A DNA stretch of 19,840 nt from Candidatus Hodarchaeum mangrovi (GTDB taxonomy: Archaea; Asgardarchaeota; Heimdallarchaeia; Hodarchaeales; Hodarchaeaceae): NCBI GenBank assembly GCA_016839515.1, contig JAEOUE010000088.1, forward strand, positions 1-19,840, given 5' to 3'. Below the pieces are notes generated by a model, which had not been told where the DNA came from, did no database searches, and saw only the letters and a program-made list of their open reading frames with translations. Position 1 is the first letter of the stretch; each line of letters opens with the position of its first letter. The position numbers were made by a program, and so were the translations under genes. Positions 17,048 to 19,840 of this stretch are shown here, one piece after another.

Positions 17048-17864
17048 TTAAATTATTAAAAGATTTAGCAATTAAAGTCTTGGGAGTTTTTAGATTTCCT
17101 TTTATTTTGATTTTTTGAAGATCAATCTCTCCTAATTCCCGATTGTAAGCTTCTTGTAATACAGGCATCTCAAGTGGATTAAACCCTACCAAAGAAGCTC
17201 CCACAGCTTCAACAGCAAAAGCATCTTTTCCAAATATTAACAAATTTAAAGGAACCATTAACCGTTCACTTTTTCTTCCTAAAAAAACATAAGTACAGTC
17301 TAAAATAGCTAAATCAATACCTCCGATTGCTTCATAGAGATCTAGCAGGGTATTTGGTAATCGGTTATGAAATCGGAACTTCTTTTTATCAGGAATCAAA
17401 CCTAATAAGTTTTTTATTATGGATCCTAGATTCATTAAATCCTCATCTCCTGTTTCCTCATACCGTCGTGGCACATGAGTACTGACAAAAGTACGATTTC
17501 CAAAGAGAATATTGGAGAGGGAAACATTTTCTCCAGCTACATTTACCACTGTAGTTTGAGTATCATCCGACAGATTAAAAGGTTGAACCTGTTCGTTAAA
17601 ACAACTCCCCCAAATTCTCAATCTCTCTAATCCAAGTCCTTCGCCACTATCAGATTCAACTATTTGAATTTTTCCAGATTTATTGAATGCAGAAATAATG
17701 GAATTAAGTGTTTCAACTGTTGTACAGATTTTTGACTCAGGATTATATATCCCAACTTTTATTATTACTCTTTTATCTACTTCATTGAGGCCTCTGAGAT
17801 CTCCAATTAGATTGAGTGCTTCTAAATAAGATTTAGGATCAGCAATAACCACGATGGGATCCAA
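17040..17864 (-). CDS. DUF362-domain protein
   Basis: Family-like motifs VIIKVG, IVESDS, IKNLLGLIP, DLAILD and DAFAVEAVGASLVGFNPLEMPVL. TTG start. It overlaps the convergent hydrolase gene by 8 bp. Confidence 0.75.
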   Translation of the reverse strand: MDPIVVIADPKSYLEALNLIGDLRGLNEVDKRVIIKVGIYNPESKICTTVETLNSIISAFNKSGKIQIVESDSGEGLGLERLRIWGSCFNEQVQPFNLSDDTQTTVVNVAGENVSLSNILFGNRTFVSTHVPRRYEETGDEDLMNLGSIIKNLLGLIPDKKKFRFHNRLPNTLLDLYEAIGGIDLAILDCTYVFLGRKSERLMVPLNLLIFGKDAFAVEAVGASLVGFNPLEMPVLQEAYNRELGEIDLQKIKIKGNLKTPKTLIAKSFNNLTN

Positions 17865-17879
17865 TGTAATTACTTCCTT

Positions 17880-18926
17880 CTACTCATAATCACGGTGGTT
17901 TTTAAGAAGATTAAACGTTTCTCCATGATAAAGATCTTTATTTCCCAAGAGAAAACCTTTAGGGAATCCAAATTTAAAATCGACTATGTCAGCTAGACGT
18001 TTACAGTGTTCTTCTGTTATTTCGAATTCAAGTGATCTTAGATTATCTTCTATCTGGGTTACTGAAGTAACTCCAAAAATTGGTATGAATAAACCATTTT
18101 GTCTCCTAATCCAATTTAATGCAACGTTTGCTGAAGAACACCCAATTTCATCTGCTATAGCATCAACTTCTCGAGCAATTTCTAACCTATCTTCAGACGG
18201 AACACCCCATTTATCTTCTGTTAACCTACCTGGTGGTTGATTATTGCGAGTATACTTTCCAGTATATAAACCTGCCCCTAAAGGAGCCCAGACTGTCATA
18301 GCTAGATCAAATTTCTTACACATTGGAATTATTTCTCTCTCGGGATCCCTAAATGATAGATTATAAGGAAATTGAAACGCTACAAAGGTATTCCAACCTC
18401 GAACTTCAGCCATTGTATTTGCCCTGGCTACTATCCAAGCAGGAGTATCAGAAATACCAATATAATTAATTTTAGTGTCAGCAATTAAATCATCTAATGT
18501 CCTCATTACTTCATGGACAGAAGTAGTATAATCCCACATATGTAAATACAATAAATCAATATAATCTGTTCGAAGTCTTTTCAAACTCTGTTTTACAGTT
18601 CTAATCAAATTTTTGCGATGATTTCCACCTGCATTAGGATCCTTTTTCCATCTGTGATCATGTAAAGTAAATTTTGTAGCAATAACAAAACGATCACGAT
18701 CACCTTCAATGAATTCTCCTAGAAATTCTTCACTTGTTCCATTGGTGTAATTACATGCTGTATCAATAAAATTCCCGCCATTCTCTATAAACTTAAGAAA
18801 AACTTCTTTAGCAACTTCTTTTGAACTTCCCCAACCCCAATCTTCTCCAAAGGTCATTGTACCCAAACAAAGTTCAGATACTCGTAAACCACTACTTCCT
18901 AATAACTTAAATTTCATCTTAGTCAC
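17880..18926 (-). CDS. Aldo/keto reductase (aryl-alcohol dehydrogenase-like)
   Basis: GLRVSELCLGTMTFG plus the catalytic tetrad D/Y/K/H in FIDTACNY, ATKF and DLLYLH. Start is GTG 18926 or ATG 18917. Confidence 0.92.
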   Translation of the reverse strand: MTKMKFKLLGSSGLRVSELCLGTMTFGEDWGWGSSKEVAKEVFLKFIENGGNFIDTACNYTNGTSEEFLGEFIEGDRDRFVIATKFTLHDHRWKKDPNAGGNHRKNLIRTVKQSLKRLRTDYIDLLYLHMWDYTTSVHEVMRTLDDLIADTKINYIGISDTPAWIVARANTMAEVRGWNTFVAFQFPYNLSFRDPEREIIPMCKKFDLAMTVWAPLGAGLYTGKYTRNNQPPGRLTEDKWGVPSEDRLEIAREVDAIADEIGCSSANVALNWIRRQNGLFIPIFGVTSVTQIEDNLRSLEFEITEEHCKRLADIVDFKFGFPKGFLLGNKDLYHGETFNLLKNHRDYE

Positions 18927-18961
18927 TTCATTTATTTTTTTGAGAAAAATTATTAACTAAT

Positions 18962-19050
18962 TTTACGTTTCGATCATATCCCAAATCGTTATTTAATTTG
19001 TTTTCGAGGATGATTCAAAGCGTAAAAATGTATAAATAATTTACGTTTCG
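18962..19050. promoter_or_regulatory. Putative operator array and TATA-like box in the divergent AKR / wHTH intergenic region
   Basis: TTTACGTTTCG occurs identically at 18962-18972 and 19040-19050. An inverted 9/11 copy (CAAAGCGTAAA) lies at 19016-19026. TATAAATA at 19031-19038 sits between the last two copies. Confidence 0.55.
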
Positions 19051-19150
19051 GACAAATTCAACAAACTATACTCGTAATATTCACACATTTAACCTATAAT
19101 TAAACTCAAAGCTACATGGATGGTATTGAATGATCGATGAAAAGTAAAAA

Positions 19151-19697
19151 TTGTTTGATTATAGAAAAAACATTCCATTATTTCAATTTATAACAGTTCC
19201 AGAAAAAAAATATTTTTCACATCTGGCTAGAAGGGAGATAATAAAAATATTAAAAAAAGGAAAACAAGAGCTTTCTCCTGATGGTACCTCTACTAGACGA
19301 TATGCCTTGAATGGGGCCGAAATAAGTAAAGAATTAGATAAAGGCTTAATTAAAAGTAGTTTAAAAAACAACCATATACTTTCATCTAGATGTACTACTG
19401 GAATTAGGTTTAATTGAAATAGTAGCAATTCTCCAAGAAGGACCATATCGTAGGAATAAGACTTAGTACTTTGGGAGAGTAGCGAGAAATCTATTTTTAA
19501 CCAGTACTCATGATACCTGTGAAAAGTATCAGATACAGTTCAATGAAATTCAGAAGTTTGTTGATTTAAAAGGATTAAAACTTCCAAAGAGTTTTCATGA
19601 AATTCCCAAACAATTAATTGAGATGCAAGAAGTATATTATAAAAAATTAGGAAAAGGGTTAACTGATAATGAAGATTTTATTGTTAAACATTTTTAG
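19151..19697 (+). pseudogene. Disrupted ArsR-like winged-helix transcription regulator (one frameshift, one internal TAG)
   Basis: The N-terminal part (HLARREIIKILKKG...ALNGAEISKEL) continues in the +1 frame after the A6 run at 19363-19368 as TTIYFHLDVLLELGLIEIVAILQEGPYRRNKT*YFGRVARNLFL... That frame has an internal TAG at 19464-19466 and a further TAG at 19695-19697. Confidence 0.8.
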
Positions 19698-19704
19698 GTG
19701 TTAA

Positions 19705-19840
19705 TTAGAAAGATTTGATTATTGGCTCCATATCCAATGGTCGTAAACAACGCAGGTCAACTACTTCCGCTTCAACACCTTCATTTGCCAATTGCTCGGC
19801 TGCTTTCATTGAGATCTCTAACATTTTACTGTATGTCACG
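19705..19840 (-). pseudogene. 3' fragment of a pyruvate/2-oxoacid dehydrogenase E1 beta subunit (transketolase C-terminal domain), apparently prematurely terminated; 5' part lies outside the window
   Basis: Manual translation of 19839..19705 gives VTYSKMLEISMKAAEQLANEGVEAEVVDLRCLRPLDMEPIIKSF*. This matches the E1-beta motif EVIDLRxLxPLD, but it stops before the usual KKT..VVVEE segment. Confidence 0.75.

Noticed and set aside
19361-19369. A_AAA_AAC as a programmed -1 frameshift site
   Set aside because: The downstream coding frame is +1, not -1. No stimulatory structure is evident, and a further in-frame stop follows.
15192-19446. ORFs 15192..15455, 15805..16026, 17986..18240 and 19183..19446
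   Set aside because: Shadow ORFs overlapping the PAP2, hydrolase, AKR and wHTH genes.
1-19840. CRISPR arrays, tRNA/rRNA genes, IS elements and selenocysteine read-through
   Set aside because: I saw no regularly spaced repeats, GC-rich structured RNA segments or transposase motifs. The complete genes ending in TGA end at plausible lengths. This was by eye only; tRNAscan-SE and Infernal were not run.

Overview
AT-rich (roughly 30-35% GC by eye), gene-dense prokaryotic window. It is most likely archaeal, and plausibly Asgard/Heimdallarchaeia-like. This is an inference from the archaeal-type AMP phosphorylase with its N-terminal extra domain, a stand-alone Toprim protein, frequent GTG/TTG starts and the winged-helix regulator family. 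Gene order: 5'-truncated GPH/MFS symporter (+); 1157-aa alpha-solenoid/TPR-like protein (-); 98-aa protein with a MinD-type amphipathic C-terminus (+); a minus-strand run of AMP phosphorylase, Toprim protein and threonine 3-dehydrogenase; a 1030-aa HerA/FtsK-superfamily ATPase fused to a coiled coil and a tandem array of nine Cys/His zinc-finger-like units (+); UbiA prenyltransferase; GYD protein; class-III aminotransferase; a NagB/RpiA/eIF-2B-like hypothetical; PAP2 phosphatase; membrane-anchored serine hydrolase; DUF362 protein; aldo/keto reductase. Two broken genes, one only partly shown and one missed by the ORF track, end the window convergently: a frameshifted wHTH regulator with an internal TAG, and a prematurely terminated 2-oxoacid dehydrogenase E1-beta 3' fragment. 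I recognised no rRNA, tRNA, CRISPR array or transposase. The best novelty candidate is the ATPase-coiled coil-zinc finger array fusion.
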